A stretch of 63,586 nucleotides of DNA, filler included, from Octopus bimaculoides (GCF_001194135.2; 4 parts of 4 records of this genome joined end to end with filler, not necessarily neighbours in it); one strand, 5' to 3'; shown: positions 1-12,560, counted from the first letter of the whole stretch. Numbers and translations are program-made. Notes: generated by a model from the sequence alone, not told the origin.

Positions 1-110
1 ATCTGTAACTTAGCGGTTCAGCAAAACAGACCGATAGAATAAGTACCAAGCTGAAAAATAGTAAGTTCTGGGATCGATTCGTTCCACTGAAATTCTTGAG
101 TGTGATGCCG
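1..110 (+). mobile_element. 3' part of abundant SINE family A, cut by window edge
   Basis: CTTAGCGGTTCAGCAAAACAGACCGATAGAATAAGTACC matches the tail of the other family A copies in this window. Confidence 0.65.
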
Positions 111-298
111 AATCAGGTAAAACATAAAGGCTTACCTAGAAATATACTGGGTTACCTTGTTACCATATATGGCATGTTATACATATTATGTATGTGTACG
201 TCAATGTATATGTATATCTGTATGAATGTGTTTATAAATATATTACGTTTAACATAAATATAAATACATTATATATACACACACACGTATATCGTCTG

Positions 299-334
<36 letters not shown>

Positions 335-1869
335 AAACTTTCGTTAGTTATCACAAAGTCTGTCTGTCGATCTCTAGGGAATTTCTCTCCCTCTCTCTCT
401 GTCTGCCTCCCTCTCAATCACATCTTATCAGTCACTTTTCTCCATCCCCCTCTCTCTCTCTCTCTCTCCCTCTTTCTCTCAGCACCTTTTATCTACCGTT
501 TATCAATCAACTTGTCATCGCCCCATTACTCTGTCCCTTCTTCCACCTTCCTCATTGCCCCTCTCTTTCGTTTACCTTCCTTTCGTTTCTTTTATCTCTA
601 CCTNNNNNNNNNNNNNNNNNNNNNNNNNNNNNNNNNNNNNNNNNNNNNNNNNNNNNNNNNNNNNNNNNNNNNNNNNNNNNNNNNNNNNNNNNNNNNNNNN
701 NNNNNNNNNNNNNNNNNNNNNNNNNNNNNNNNNNNNNNNNNNNNNNNNNNNNNNNNNNNNNNNNNNNNNNNNNNNNNNNNNNNNNNNNNNNNNNNNNNNN
801 NNNNNNNNNNNNNNNNNNNNNNNNNNNNNNNNNNNNNNNNNNNNNNNNNNNNNNNNNNNNNNNNNNNNNNNNNNNNNNNNNNNNNNNNNNNNNNNNNNNN
901 NNNNNNNNNNNNNNNNNNNNNNNNNNNNNNNNNNNNNNNNNNNNNNNNNNNNNNNNNNNNNNNNNNNNNNNNNNNNNNNNNNNNNNNNNNNNNNNNNNNN
1001 NNNNNNNNNNNNNNNNNNNNNNNNNNNNNNNNNNNNNNNNNNNNNNNNNNNNNNNNNNNNNNNNNNNNNNNNNNNNNNNNNNNNNNNNNNNNNNNNNNNN
1101 NNNNNNNNNNNNNNNNNNNNNNNNNNNNNNNNNNNNNNNNNNNNNNNNNNNNNNNNNNNNNNNNNNNNNNNNNNNNNNNNNNNNNNNNNNNNNNNNNNNN
1201 NNNNNNNNNNNNNNNNNNNNNNNNNNNNNNNNNNNNNNNNNNNNNNNNNNNNNNNNNNNNNNNNNNNNNNNNNNNNNNNNNNNNNNNNNNNNNNNNNNNN
1301 NNNNNNNNNNNNNNNNNNNNNNNNNNNNNNNNNNNNNNNNNNNNNNNNNNNNNNNNNNNNNNNNNNNNNNNNNNNNNNNNNNNNNNNNNNNNNNNNNNNN
1401 NNNNNNNNNNNNNNNNNNNNNNNNNNNNNNNNNNNNNNNNNNNNNNNNNNNNNNNNNNNNNNNNNNNNNNNNNNNNNNNNNNNNNNNNNNNNNNNNNNNN
1501 NNNNNNNNNNNNNNNNNNNNNNNNNNNNNNNNNNNNNNNNNNNNNNNNNNNNNNNNNNNNNNNNNNNNNNNNNNNNNNNNNNNNNNNNNNNNNNNNNNNN
1601 NAATAACTTATGGATTTCTTTTTTTTGTTAAGAAGACTAAGAGAAAAAGATGTTTTATATGACACATTCTACCAGTGTTCCAAGTTTCAAAGTGTTTCGT
1701 TAATGAAAAATGTGGCCCCCGTTTTAAAAAAGATCTGAGACGTCACTCTGCTTTTCTTTTCTTTTCTTTTCTTTTCCCCATTCTATTCACCTTTCCGCTT
1801 TTTGCATCACCCTTCTTGTTCTTTTTTTTTTTTTCTCGTGGTTTATGTAGCCATTATTGCTTTTGACTA

Positions 1870-2110
1870 CACTATACGTTTGATATTGTAATCCAAGATG
1901 CTCTATGTCTGAATAAAAGATGAGTTGGTTACTGCTGGAACACTTTTGATCATAGACCTGCTGGAACACTTTTGATCATAGACCTGCTGGAACACTTTTG
2001 ATCATAGACCTGCTGGACCACATACTGACCTGGGGCTAAACAACATCGGCTACAACTGCTATTAATTATTCTACTTTACATTTGTTAATATAGTCCTAGA
2101 TAGACGGTCT
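1870..2110. repeat. Dispersed repeat containing a 26-bp tandem repeat (about 3.3 copies, 1932-2017)
   Basis: Unit CTGCTGGAACACTTTTGATCATAGAC starts at 1932, 1958, 1984 and 2010 (partial); flanks (TAGTCCTAGATA, ACCTGGGGCTAAACAAC) resemble 12190-12560. Confidence 0.75.
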
Positions 2111-2319
2111 ACATGTCTCGTCTGCGATCACCACCTTGTTTAACATGAATGATTTTAATGAAGGCACCATGGTGGAATTATTTAAGACCATTGCCAGTAA
2201 TGTGGTGACGCGTTAACTCAAAGGACTAGTCTTCGACAGCTTGGATTCGCTGCTGCTGCTACTGCTGCTTCTACTACTAATACTACCGCCACCACTACTA
2301 CTACTAATAATAATAATAA

Positions 2320-2630
2320 ACGCACTCCGTCGGTTACGACGACGACTGTTCCAGTTCATCCCGATGAACGAAACAGTCTGCTCATGAAATTAACGTGCAA
2401 GTGGCTGAGAACTCCACAGACATGCATGCCATTAATGTAGTCCTCACAAATATTCAGCATGATACAGAATGTGATAAGGCTGGCCCTTTGGAATATAAGT
2501 ACAACTCATTTTTGCCAGCTGAGTGGACTGGAGCAACGTGAAATAAAGTGTCTTCCTCGTGGACAAAGCGCACCGCCGGGAATTGAACTCACGACCTTAC
2601 AATTGTGAGCCGATTGCCACACCCACTAAG
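2320..2630 (-). mobile_element. tRNA-derived SINE, core C with the tail shared with the 6738 SINE
   Basis: Minus strand: B-box-like GAGTTCAATTCC, core ATTTCACGTTGCTCCAGTCCACTCAGCTGG, tail ending AACCGACGGAGTGC plus a simple repeat. Confidence 0.75.
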
Positions 2631-2974
2631 TCGCTACTACTACTACTACTGCAGGAACATTAAGGGAACAAAAATATGTATGCAGCGCACAAGGAAGTTT
2701 GTAGGCCTTNNNNNNNNNNTTAATAGGTGTGGAGGACCGTGGGAATATGATGTTGGATGGGAGAGTTTATAGTTAGTTTGGGGTAGAGAGAGGAAGGCGT
2801 GGGACTGGTGTGGTGGAGGGGTTGGAAGGAGGGTCAGGTGGTGATGGTGGTTGGGATGTTGTGTGATATTGTTGTTGCTGTAGTTACAGTCTTAAGCACC
2901 ATTTGACGCGCTCTGATTGGTTTATCTTTCGCATATCTGCGGCCATTAGCCACGCTCTAAAAAGCGCTGTTGAT

Positions 2975-2984
2975 GGTATATGCA

Positions 2985-3027
<43 letters not shown>

Positions 3028-3700
3028 CACGTGTATCTAATACTTATGTGTATGGAATTGTGTTTATGTATGTATGTATATATTGATGTGTGTATGTGCA
3101 AATATGTATGTAGGTATATGTATATATGTAACATACTTTTATACAAATATGGTTATGCATAAAGGCTCTCATGAGTGTTTGTGTGTGTGTGTGTGTATTT
3201 ACGTATATACATATTGAGATGTGTGTGTATTTACGTATATACATATAGAGATGTGTGCATATATATGCATGTATATGTGTATATTATCTGAACACATGGA
3301 TAACTGGATATGTACATATTCATATATATGTATGTTATATGTATGTGTATAAACATATGTATATGAGTGGTATATATATATGTATCCAATTTGTACATAT
3401 GTATATATGCATTGTGTGTACAAATTGTTTACATATATCTATATATGTATACATATGTGCGTACGTTTTGTAGTCATGGGTATGTGTACAATTTGTACAG
3501 GTATGTATGTGTATATTTTGCAGATATTATTGTACAATTTATATTCTCACGTATAGTTTCCCACACGTTTGTGCTCGCATGGATATAATTATATATACAT
3601 AGATGCCTAGTGACAGATTTGTAATGCATTTACGTGTGTATACCTAAACCTCATATATACAAATATACCTATACTTTGAATTCATACTCTAACACATATA
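2975..3700. repeat. Compound (TA)n/(TG)n/TATG microsatellite field
   Basis: Direct reading; includes a ~32-bp duplicated unit around 3185-3250. Confidence 0.9.
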
Positions 3701-4091
3701 CACTCACGCATTATTCATACATACTTCACACGTTTTTCAACATAAACATACGCCAATTCATTGTTGCAGAAGAAAATGTATACATATTGACATATTCCTT
3801 TCTTTCTTTCCTTCTCCTCCTCTTCTTTCTCTCTCCTAATGTATCCTCGTATCTTTTTCATCGCTTCCCTCAACGTAAAAGTCAACACTGATCGTCTGTC
3901 TTCTGATTGGTCGACGCTATCGTCTGCTTCCTTTCATTTCACTGATTGTGCCATTTTCTTTCCCCTTTGCTGCTCCCTGGACAAACAATCTTCCAGTTGT
4001 TTTTGTTCGTATTATCTATAAAATAAATTTAACCAATAGATAAATTATCAAACTAGTTCTGTATTATCTCAACTAGATTTAGCAACGTATA

Positions 4092-5100
4092 CAACGTGTC
4101 AGATACTGAACACTTTTTTGTTTCTTTAGTTGCTGGTTTTGGAAAGATGAGGCAAAGTCTATGGCTTTTGCAGGCCTTCCTGTACTGGTGAGGTTGATGT
4201 CATTAATCTTCTTCTTGAACTTATTTAAAGTTAATAACTGTGGGAAAGATATTAGGAGTGAGGGAAATCCATAAGGCACGCTTTAGGAAAGGACTGGTTG
4301 TAGTGATTAGAGCGTTGTCTGCGAAGTTGGACATAATCAGAGTCGAGTGGGTCAGAAATAACTGAATGAAGGGGGCACGAGCCCCTCCCTAGATTTCGAG
4401 GAGGGAAGGCCAGTAGAAGAGATAGAGAGAGGAGACAGCTTGCCTATGGGTAAGAAGTAAGAGTGTGTCTGTAAGTGGTTTAATGCCAAGAGAAATAGAG
4501 TCCATTGTAGTAGTGATAGAAAAGACAGAAAGAAGAAACAGTATGTCTGGTGGGCCAAAGACTAGAGTGTGTCTGCGAGTGGTTTAATGACAAGAGGAAG
4601 AGAAGCCATTGTAGTAGTGATAAATAAAACAGAGTGGAGGAGGAGACAGTTTGCCTGTTGATCAGAAGATGGAGTGTGGGTGGGGAGTTAATTCCAAGAG
4701 GAACGGAGGCCATTATTGTAGTGATAGATAACACAGAGAGAGGAGACAGAACCTCTGTGGATCAGAGGCTGGAACAGCGGTCATTATTGTAGTGATAGAA
4801 ATGACGAGAGATGACAGCATACCTGTGGATTAGAGACTGGAGTGTGTCTGTGAGTGGTTTAATGTCAAAAGGAACAGAAGTCGTTATAGTAGTGATAAGA
4901 CAGACGGAGAGAGTTGACAGAGGCTGGGGTGCATCTGTGAGTGATTTCATATCAGTGTCGAGTGGCCCTTATCTTGTTGAGTTTTAGGATGCGTGTAAGG
5001 AACAACAACTCCGTCCCAAATGTGTGATTAATATTGTACTGTGGACTTCAAACAGGCCTTACTCTGCAAAAGCTATGAAGTATTTTCTATCATGAACAGG
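4092..5100 (-). mobile_element. Decayed 3' end of a CR1/Jockey-group LINE (RT C-terminal region) with an internal tandem amplification
   Basis: Minus-strand peptide pieces QY*SHIWDG, LQSLIHRYAVISRHFYHYNNDRCSS, GLVPP, RRQRSNHYNQSFP and FPQLLTLNKFKKKINDINL follow the order of the typical EYCSHIW...LQPLSHRR.V.SLFYRYY.G.CSSEL...FK.RIN C-terminus; A-rich tail near 4092-4108. Confidence 0.75.
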
Positions 5101-5904
5101 CCGTATTGTGTAAACCGTTTTATGTTACTATTGAGATTGTTGAGAAACTTCATGATAGCTATCAATGTAAGAGAGAGAGAGAGAAAGAAGTTATTTTGAA
5201 ATTGTTCGTAAAATGGTTATCACCAAGACTGGCGTTACAATTTATTTTCATGGATCTACCAACCATAAATAAAGTCTTCCAATCCATGGAAGTTACTAAA
5301 AGATTTAACAGCAATATTGAGCTGTTCTTGTTTTTTTATCCCCCTTTTTTATTTCTTTTATTTTTAATTTGTATATCTTTCGTTCTTTAACTACACTAGC
5401 GGTGTTACCTATTTTTAGTCCGCCATGGCTTTCCGGTTTCACGTGGACGTTGGAATTGATTAAACAAACAAACAAATACAGTTTTTCAACACCTCCTACA
5501 CACATTTCAACACCAACTTATGTATGAACTTTATCATCTCTTCTTTTCGTCTTCCTCGTCGTTTGTCACCTTCTCCCTTTTCCTCTCAACGCATTCTTCT
5601 TGCATCTTCTTCACCATTCCAATTTTGTTGCTTTCTTCATCTTCTGTTTTGTTTTTCTCTTTTATGATTTTCTTTTATTTCTTTCTTATACTTCGCCTTC
5701 TTACCCCGGCGAGACATTCATCACTTCGCTATTTCTCTTCAATCTTCTGATTCCATATTACTCTCGTCTGCTTTCTCTCATTTTTATATTTCCACCATTA
5801 CGTTCCTATTCTTTTCGAAAAAAACATTCGTTTTTTTTTTTATCACTTGCTTTTTTAATCATTTTATTTATTTATTTTATTTATTTATTTATTTATTTAT
5901 TTTT

Positions 5905-6260
5905 GCTCCTTTCGGTCATTGTACTACAACCATACTGGAGCACCTCCAAGAAGAGATTAGTGGAGCAAATCTCCCCAACACTGTCTTTTAGTCTGGTACT
6001 CATTCTATCGGTCTTTTTTGCCGAACCGTTAATTTACTGGTACGTAAATAATCCAACACCGGTTGTCAAGTATTGGATGGACAAACAAAAAAGTTTGTTT
6101 GTCCATACAAGTTTCCTCACAGCTACCGGTCTGCCAAATTTACTCACAAGGCGTTGATCGGTCCTAGCTTATAATAGAAGTCACTTGCCCATGGTAATGT
6201 GCAATGGGACTAAACCTGAAACCACGTGATTGCAAAGCGAGCTTTTTAAACCACACATAC
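5905..6260 (-). mobile_element. SINE family A copy
   Basis: CTGGAGCACC, TTTTGCCGAACCG, CACCGGTTGTCAAG and CTCACAAGGC motifs shared with other copies. Confidence 0.75.
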
Positions 6261-6469
6261 CGCCCGTGTCATATACACACGCGTTCACGCGCTAAAATTG
6301 AACAGTGAGAATAAGTCCTTAATACTGCACTGGTGCTTCTTGGAGACGAGTACCAACATATGGCAGGCTTGATTTGGTAACTGCTGGAAATTTTCGGCAT
6401 GAAACCTTGTTAATCCACAAATAAAGAACCCCCTACATACACACACGCACGCACAGGCGCACACGGTGT

Positions 6470-6615
6470 ACTTCTACACAAGTTTGCGCCTACCAAATTC
6501 ACTCACAAGGCATTGGTCGGTGATCAATCCGAGGCTATAGTAGAAGACACTTCACCTAAGTGGCGCGCAGTGGGACCGAATTGGAATCCACGGCGTTTCA
6601 AACCAATCTTCTCGT
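6470..6615 (-). mobile_element. SINE family A 5' fragment
   Basis: CTACCAAATTCACTCACAAGGC...CCGAGGCTATAGTAGAAGACACTT...GCGCAGTGGGACCGAA. Confidence 0.65.
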
Positions 6616-6737
6616 TCAGTTCTCCACAACCGCTACAGAAATTACATGGAACCGCTTTGTTTGTGTAGATGGCTTCTGAAGCCCCTGTCCTCTGATGTCT
6701 TCCACGTTATTGTCTTCTTCACTACTACTATCTCTCA

Positions 6738-7123
6738 GTGGAGGCGCAATGGCCCAGTGGTTAGGGCAGCGGACTCGCGGTCATAGGATCGTGGTTTCGT
6801 TTCCCAGACCGGGCGTTGTGAGTGTTTATTGAGCGAAAACACCTAAAGCTCCACGAGGCTCTGGCAGGGGATGGTGGCGAACCCTGCTGTACTCTTCCAC
6901 CACAACTTTCTCTCACTCTTACTTCCTGTTTCTGTTGTGCCTGTAATTCAAAGGGTCAGCCTTGTCACACTGTGTCACGCTGAATATCCCCGAGAACTAC
7001 GTTAAGGGTACACGTGTCTGTGGAGTGCTCAGCCACTTGCACGTTAATTTCACGAGCAGGCTGTTCTGTTAATCGGATCAACTGGAACCCTCGTCTTCGT
7101 AATCGACGGAGTGCCAACCAACA
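6738..7123 (+). mobile_element. Full-length tRNA-derived SINE with 11-bp TSD
   Basis: A-box TGGCCCAGTGG and B-box-like GTTTCGTTTCC in the head; TSD ACTATCTCTCA at 6727-6737 and 7124-7134; closely similar inverted copy at 17260-17638. Confidence 0.92.
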
Positions 7124-7257
7124 ACTATCTCTCAACCACCCTTTTACTATACAACCCCATGTAACACGGCTTCTCTCCAGTCTCCTGACTAGTTTGATTC
7201 TCTGTATTTTCTCACTTTTAATATTTCCGTAGTTTTTTTTTTTTGTTGCGGGGTGGA

Positions 7258-7314
7258 TTAAGGCGTTGGGATGACAGAATCGTTAACACGCCGGGCAAAA
7301 ATGCGTAGCAGCAT
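7258..7314 (+). mobile_element. SINE family B head, truncated by a gap
   Basis: GACAGAATCGTTAACACGCCGGGCAAAAATGC resembles the head at 38930. Confidence 0.6.
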
Positions 7315-7419
7315 NNNNNNNNNNNNNNNNNNNNNNNNNNNATATTTTCGTAGTTTTTCTCGTCTTTGATAAACTATTGCATATTTTGTTCTTAGCTTCT
7401 CGGGTTTAGTCCCATTTCG

Positions 7420-7935
7420 CGGTACCTCGGATCGACCAATCTCTTGTAAGTTTGCTAGACGAAAACTGTTGGGAAGCTTGTCATGCGTGTGTTCGCGCGT
7501 TTGCGTGTGTGTGTTGTTGTGTTTGTTCCTCACCACCACTTGACAACCGTCGGCAGTTTGGCAGAAGCCTCCGATAAGTACCAGACTTAATATGTGTGCA
7601 CCAGGATTGATTTGTTTGACTCCAACACTTCAAAGCAGTGCTTCAGCATGGCCGCAGTTCAGTTAGGGACTGAAACTTGTACCAGATTTAATATGTTTGT
7701 ACTACGGATGATTTGTTCAACTGCGACCCTTCAAGACGTTGCTCCAACGAGGGAAATAAGTACCTGACTTCATATGATGTGTTCGACTGCGACCCTGCAA
7801 AGCAGTGTTTCAGCATGGCCGCAGTTCACTTAGGGAGATAAGTACGAGACTTAATATGTAGATATTTGGGTCTTCAAGGCGGTACTCTAGCATGGCCGCA
7901 ATCCAGTGATTGAAGCAATTAAAAGACAAAAGATA
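7420..7935 (+). mobile_element. SINE family A copy with about four tandem copies of the tail
   Basis: AAGTACC.GACTTAATATG / CTTCAA.GC.GTG / CAGCATGGCCGCA block recurs between 7575 and 7910. Confidence 0.7.
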
Positions 7936-8739
7936 TTCTTTCTTCAGTACACATTTCTACACCAACATACAATAAAACTACCCCGTCTTTTCGTTTACTG
8001 ATTGTCTCCTTCAAATCTGTCGCCTTCTTCTTCTCCTCTCTCCTGAGGTCTGTCCTCTCACGTCTTCTCTCATCTTCTGCACTCTTACGTCTTCCTATTT
8101 GACGCTGTCAATGTAACCATCTCTAATGTCAAAAATAACTTGACACTCTTTACTCAACTTGTTTGTCTTCCGTCTTCTGATTGGCTGACACTATCTCCTA
8201 CTTTTCTCTCGACTTTAATTTCTTCACCGCCATTTTTACCCGTTCATATTGTCACGGACAAACAATCTTTATTTTCCTTCTTAGTATCCATTAAACAAAT
8301 ATAGTTTATTTCAACACCTCCTACACTTACAACTCAACACCATCAGACAAAATAAACATCGTATTTTGGTTTTCGCCATTCTCTTGTCTTCTGTCAATGA
8401 AATTTTTTCTTTCTTTTAATTTTCTTCTCTCTTCCTTGTCTAACCTTGTTTCCTTTTGAGCTCTGCCTCCCTTATCCTGTCCCCACCATGCAGAGACCTA
8501 ACATTCATCACTCCACTTCTTCTTTCTCCAGTCTTCTGATTCGATAATATTATCGTCTGCCTTAATATTTCCGCCATTTTTCCGTACATATTGTTTCGGA
8601 CAAACATTCACTTGTTTGTTCTTTATTATTTATTTTTTCTTTACTTCTTTTTTTTCTTTTTTCATTAAGCAAACAGTTTTTCCTCGCCTCTTACACATTT
8701 ATTTTCTAAGCCACCATACAAACTTCATCTTTTATTTTC

Positions 8740-9040
8740 TTCTCTTCTCTTATCTATCTATCTATCTATCTATCTATCTCTGTCTATCACTCTTTCTTTC
8801 TATCTATCTATTTGTCTGTCTGTCTGTTTGTCTGTATTCTATTAACCGTCCCCACTCTATCCTTTTTTAATATCTCCACCTATTTACTCTACCTTTCTTT
8901 CTCTATCTCCTCCCGTTTCTTTCATAGTCTATCGTTTGTCTCCCTACTGTTTCTCTTAGTGTATCAACTGTCCTCTCTCTGTCTCTCTGTCTCTCTCTCC
9001 ACCTCTCTCAATCTTTCCTATAGTCTATCAATTGTCCTAT

Positions 9041-9110
<70 letters not shown>
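8740..9110. repeat. (TCTA)n, (TCTG)n and long (CT)n microsatellites
   Basis: Direct reading. Confidence 0.9.
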
Positions 9111-10687
9111 GTCTCTCAATTGTCCTTCTCTCTCTCCTATAGTCTGTCACCTATCCTTCTCTAATCCTCTTCCCTTCCCTTTCTCCACCAACTACAATCT
9201 TTCGCCATTTTTCTGTTCCGTTCGTATTGTCGTGGACATTGGACATGTTTTATATTTTGCTTCTTTATATACACACACACACACACACACACGCATTTTT
9301 TTCCCCTCTTATTAAACAAACACAAGATTTCTCTCGCATTTCGCACACATTTCAACACCGATACACACACGTATGACGTCTTCTACATCGCCATTTTCCT
9401 CTCCTCCAACCTTCTTCTCTTCAATCTCTTCACATTTTTCTCCTCTTAGCTCTTTTCACTTGGTTCCGTCCCACCTCTTTTTCTCCTTTCCTTTCTTTCT
9501 TCATTCCTTCCTTCCTTCCACCCTCTGCCACCGCCGCCATCTTCATCACCATCGTCATCATCATCATCGACAACCACAGTACTAATCGTAATAATCGTCA
9601 CCATTTTCTAATACACATAAAAGGTATTTTTTTTTCGCCATTCTTCATGTTTTCATAACCAATTACACTGCTGCTGTTCTTGCTGTTGTTATGGTCTTTC
9701 CATACCAATTTACATTTCCTTTTGCCGCATGTATGAGCTTCATATATNNNNNNNNNNNNNNNNNNNNNNNNNNNNNNNNNNNNNNNNNNNNNNNNNNNNN
9801 NNNNNNNNNNNNNNNNNNNNNNNNNNNNNNNNNNNNNNNNNNNNNNNNNNNNNNNNNNNNNNNNNNNNNNNNNNNNNNNNNNNNNNNNNNNNNNNNNNNN
9901 NNNNNNNNNNNNNNNNNNNNNNNNNNNNNNNNNNNNNNNNNNNNNNNNNNNNNNNNNNNNNNNNNNNNNNNNNNNNNNNNNNNNNNNNNNNNNNNNNNNN
10001 NNNNNNNNNNNNNNNNNNNNNNNNNNNNNNNNNNNNNNNNNNNNNNNNNNNNNNNNNNNNNNNNNNNNNNNNNNNNNNNNNNNNNNNNNNNNNNNNNNNN
10101 NNNNNNNNNNNNNNNNNNNNNNNNNNNNNNNNNNNNNNNNNNNNNNNNNNNNNNNNNNNNNNNNNNNNNNNNNNNNNNNNNNNNNNNNNNNNNNNNNNNN
10201 NNNNNNNNNNNNNNNNNNNNNNNNNNNNNNNNNNNNNNNNNNNNNNNNNNNNNNNNNNNNNNNNNNNNNNNNNNNNNNNNNNNNNNNNNNNNNNNNNNNN
10301 NNNNNNNNNNNNNNNNNNNNNNNNNNNNNNNNNNNNNNNNNNNNNNNNNNNNNNNNNNNNNNNNNNNNNNNNNNNNNNNNNNNNNNNNNNNNNNNNNNNN
10401 NNNNNNNNNNNNNNNNNNNNNNNNNNNNNNNNNNNNNNNNNNNNNNNNNNNNNNTCACCTCCATATACTTTTATGTGAATGTATGTGATGTGGGTGTATG
10501 TGTGCATATGCATACATATATATATATATGTATGCATGTGTATATGTATTTGGGTATGTATGTATATGTGGGTGTGTGTATATATCTGTATAAATATGGG
10601 TGTGTATATATGAATTGTATATATGTGTGCGTGTGTATGAAAATTATATATATATGCATATGTGTGTGTGAATAGGGAACACCTTAG

Positions 10688-10725
<38 letters not shown>

Positions 10726-10959
10726 GCGTACATATATACACACACACACTGCAAAAAGCATGTACACACACACACACACACGCACGCACATGCGTACACA
10801 CGACACTCTTTCCGACACGCAGATACAAGCTCTGACATTCACTCAATCATTCTCCTAAGATCCCACCACCACCACTACCATCACCACCACAACGACCGCT
10901 ACCCTTCCACCCTACACCCGCACCACCCTATCCCAACTCTCCTCCCACCACCACCAACT

Positions 10960-12020
10960 AATTGCATCAATCAAATTTCAGCAGTGACATCAGACACCGA
11001 AACACGCCACGTCACGGTTGTATNNNNNNNNNNNNNNNNNNNNNNNNNNNNNNNNNNNNNNNNNNNNNNNNNNNNNNNNNNNNNNNNNNNNNNNNNNNNN
11101 NNNNNNNNNNNNNNNNNNNNNNNNNNNNNNNNNNNNNNNNNNNNNNNNNNNNNNNNNNNNNNNNNNNNNNNNNNNNNNNNNNNNNNNNNNNNNNNNNNNN
11201 NNNNNNNNNNNNNNNNNNNNNNNNNNNNNNNNNNNNNNNNNNNNNNNNNNNNNNNNNNNNNNNNNNNNNNNNNNNNNNNNNNNNNNNNNNNNNNNNNNNN
11301 NNNNNNNNNNNNNNNNNNNNNNNNNNNNNNNNNNNNNNNNNNNNNNNNNNNNNNNNNNNNNNNNNNNNNNNNNNNNNNNNNNNNNNNNNNNNNNNNNNNN
11401 NNNNNNNNNNNNNNNNNNNNNNNNNNNNNNNNNNNNNNNNNNNNNNNNNNNNNNNNNNNNNNNNNNNNNNNNNNNNNNNNNNNNNNNNNNNNNNNNNNNN
11501 NNNNNNNNNNNNNNNNNNNNNNNNNNNNNNNNNNNNNNNNNNNNNNNNNNNNNNNNNNNNNNNNNNNNNNNNNNNNNNNNNNNNNNNNNNNNNNNNNNNN
11601 NNNNNNNNNNNNNNNNNNNNNNNNNNNNNNNNNNNNNNNNNNNNNNNNNNNNNNNNNNNNNNNNNNNNNNNNNNNNNNNNNNNNNNNNNNNNNNNNNNNN
11701 NNNNNNNNNNNNNNNNNNNNNNNNNNNNNNNNNNNNNNNNNNNNNNNNNNNNNNNNACTCCGCCCACCCCACACAGTTCCTTTCGGGATGTATGTCTCAA
11801 CTGTCGGCCATGTTGTCTTTCTCCGTTTACTGTCTTTGGAAATTTTCGTCCGGCATCTTAATGTATCCAACCCACCCCCACCCTCTCCTTCATTCCTACG
11901 TCCACCCGGTTATTCATTCCCTAATAATATATAGCGGCTGGGTGGGGTGGGGGTGTATCTGCGATGTCACGTGACCTGACCTGGTCGACAGAAACAGCAG
12001 TCAGATGTCACTGGAGTCGC
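10960..12020. promoter_or_regulatory. Candidate CpG-retaining promoter/enhancer island around a gap
   Basis: GCCACGTCA 11006-11014, GC box CCGCCC near 11760, GGCCATGTT near 11807, palindromic GTCACGTGAC 11966-11975 followed by TGACCT repeats; motif evidence only. Confidence 0.3.
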
Positions 12021-12189
12021 AATTTACTGTCTCAGACTTGAAAGCAACGAAGGACACAATTGGACAGTGTACTCTGGGATACACAGTGTGAGTGGAGGGT
12101 GGAACGATCACAGATGGAACAGCTTTGATCGTGGATCTCTTCTTTTTCTTTTCTCCCCCTCTTTCCAATACATAAGGGAGTAAACACAA

Positions 12190-12560
12190 CGGCAGCTACA
12201 GTCACTAACTACATTACATTAGATAATGTAGTCTTAGATACATTATGTCAAAGTAAAAGCTGGGATGCTCAGAGCTGAAACCTCTTTGATCATATTTCTA
12301 CCGGACTGGGAATGATCTGGCGCTAAGCAACCAGAACCACAGCCTAATGTAGTCCTAGGTACACTAAGTCTGGTCACAGTTTGAACGTCTTTGATCATAA
12401 ATCTACTGGATCAGGACTAACCTGGGGTTAAACAACTATAGCCACTGATACTAGCTGCTATACTGTACATCAGATAATGTAGTCCTAGATACACAATGCC
12501 TGAATTCAAGATGGAACGGTCAAAGCTGGAATATATTTACCCAGTATTGATCCACTACAC
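12190..12560. repeat. Three degenerate ~125-bp tandem copies of a dispersed repeat
   Basis: TAATGTAGTC(C/T)TAG(A/G)TACA near 12225, 12346 and 12476; CTTTGATCATA twice; same family as 1870-2110. Confidence 0.65.

Noticed and set aside
6738-6815. tRNA genes at SINE heads (also 17560-17638, 33288, 38930, 48035)
   Set aside because: A/B boxes are present but run into SINE bodies with tails and TSDs, and I could not form complete cloverleaves
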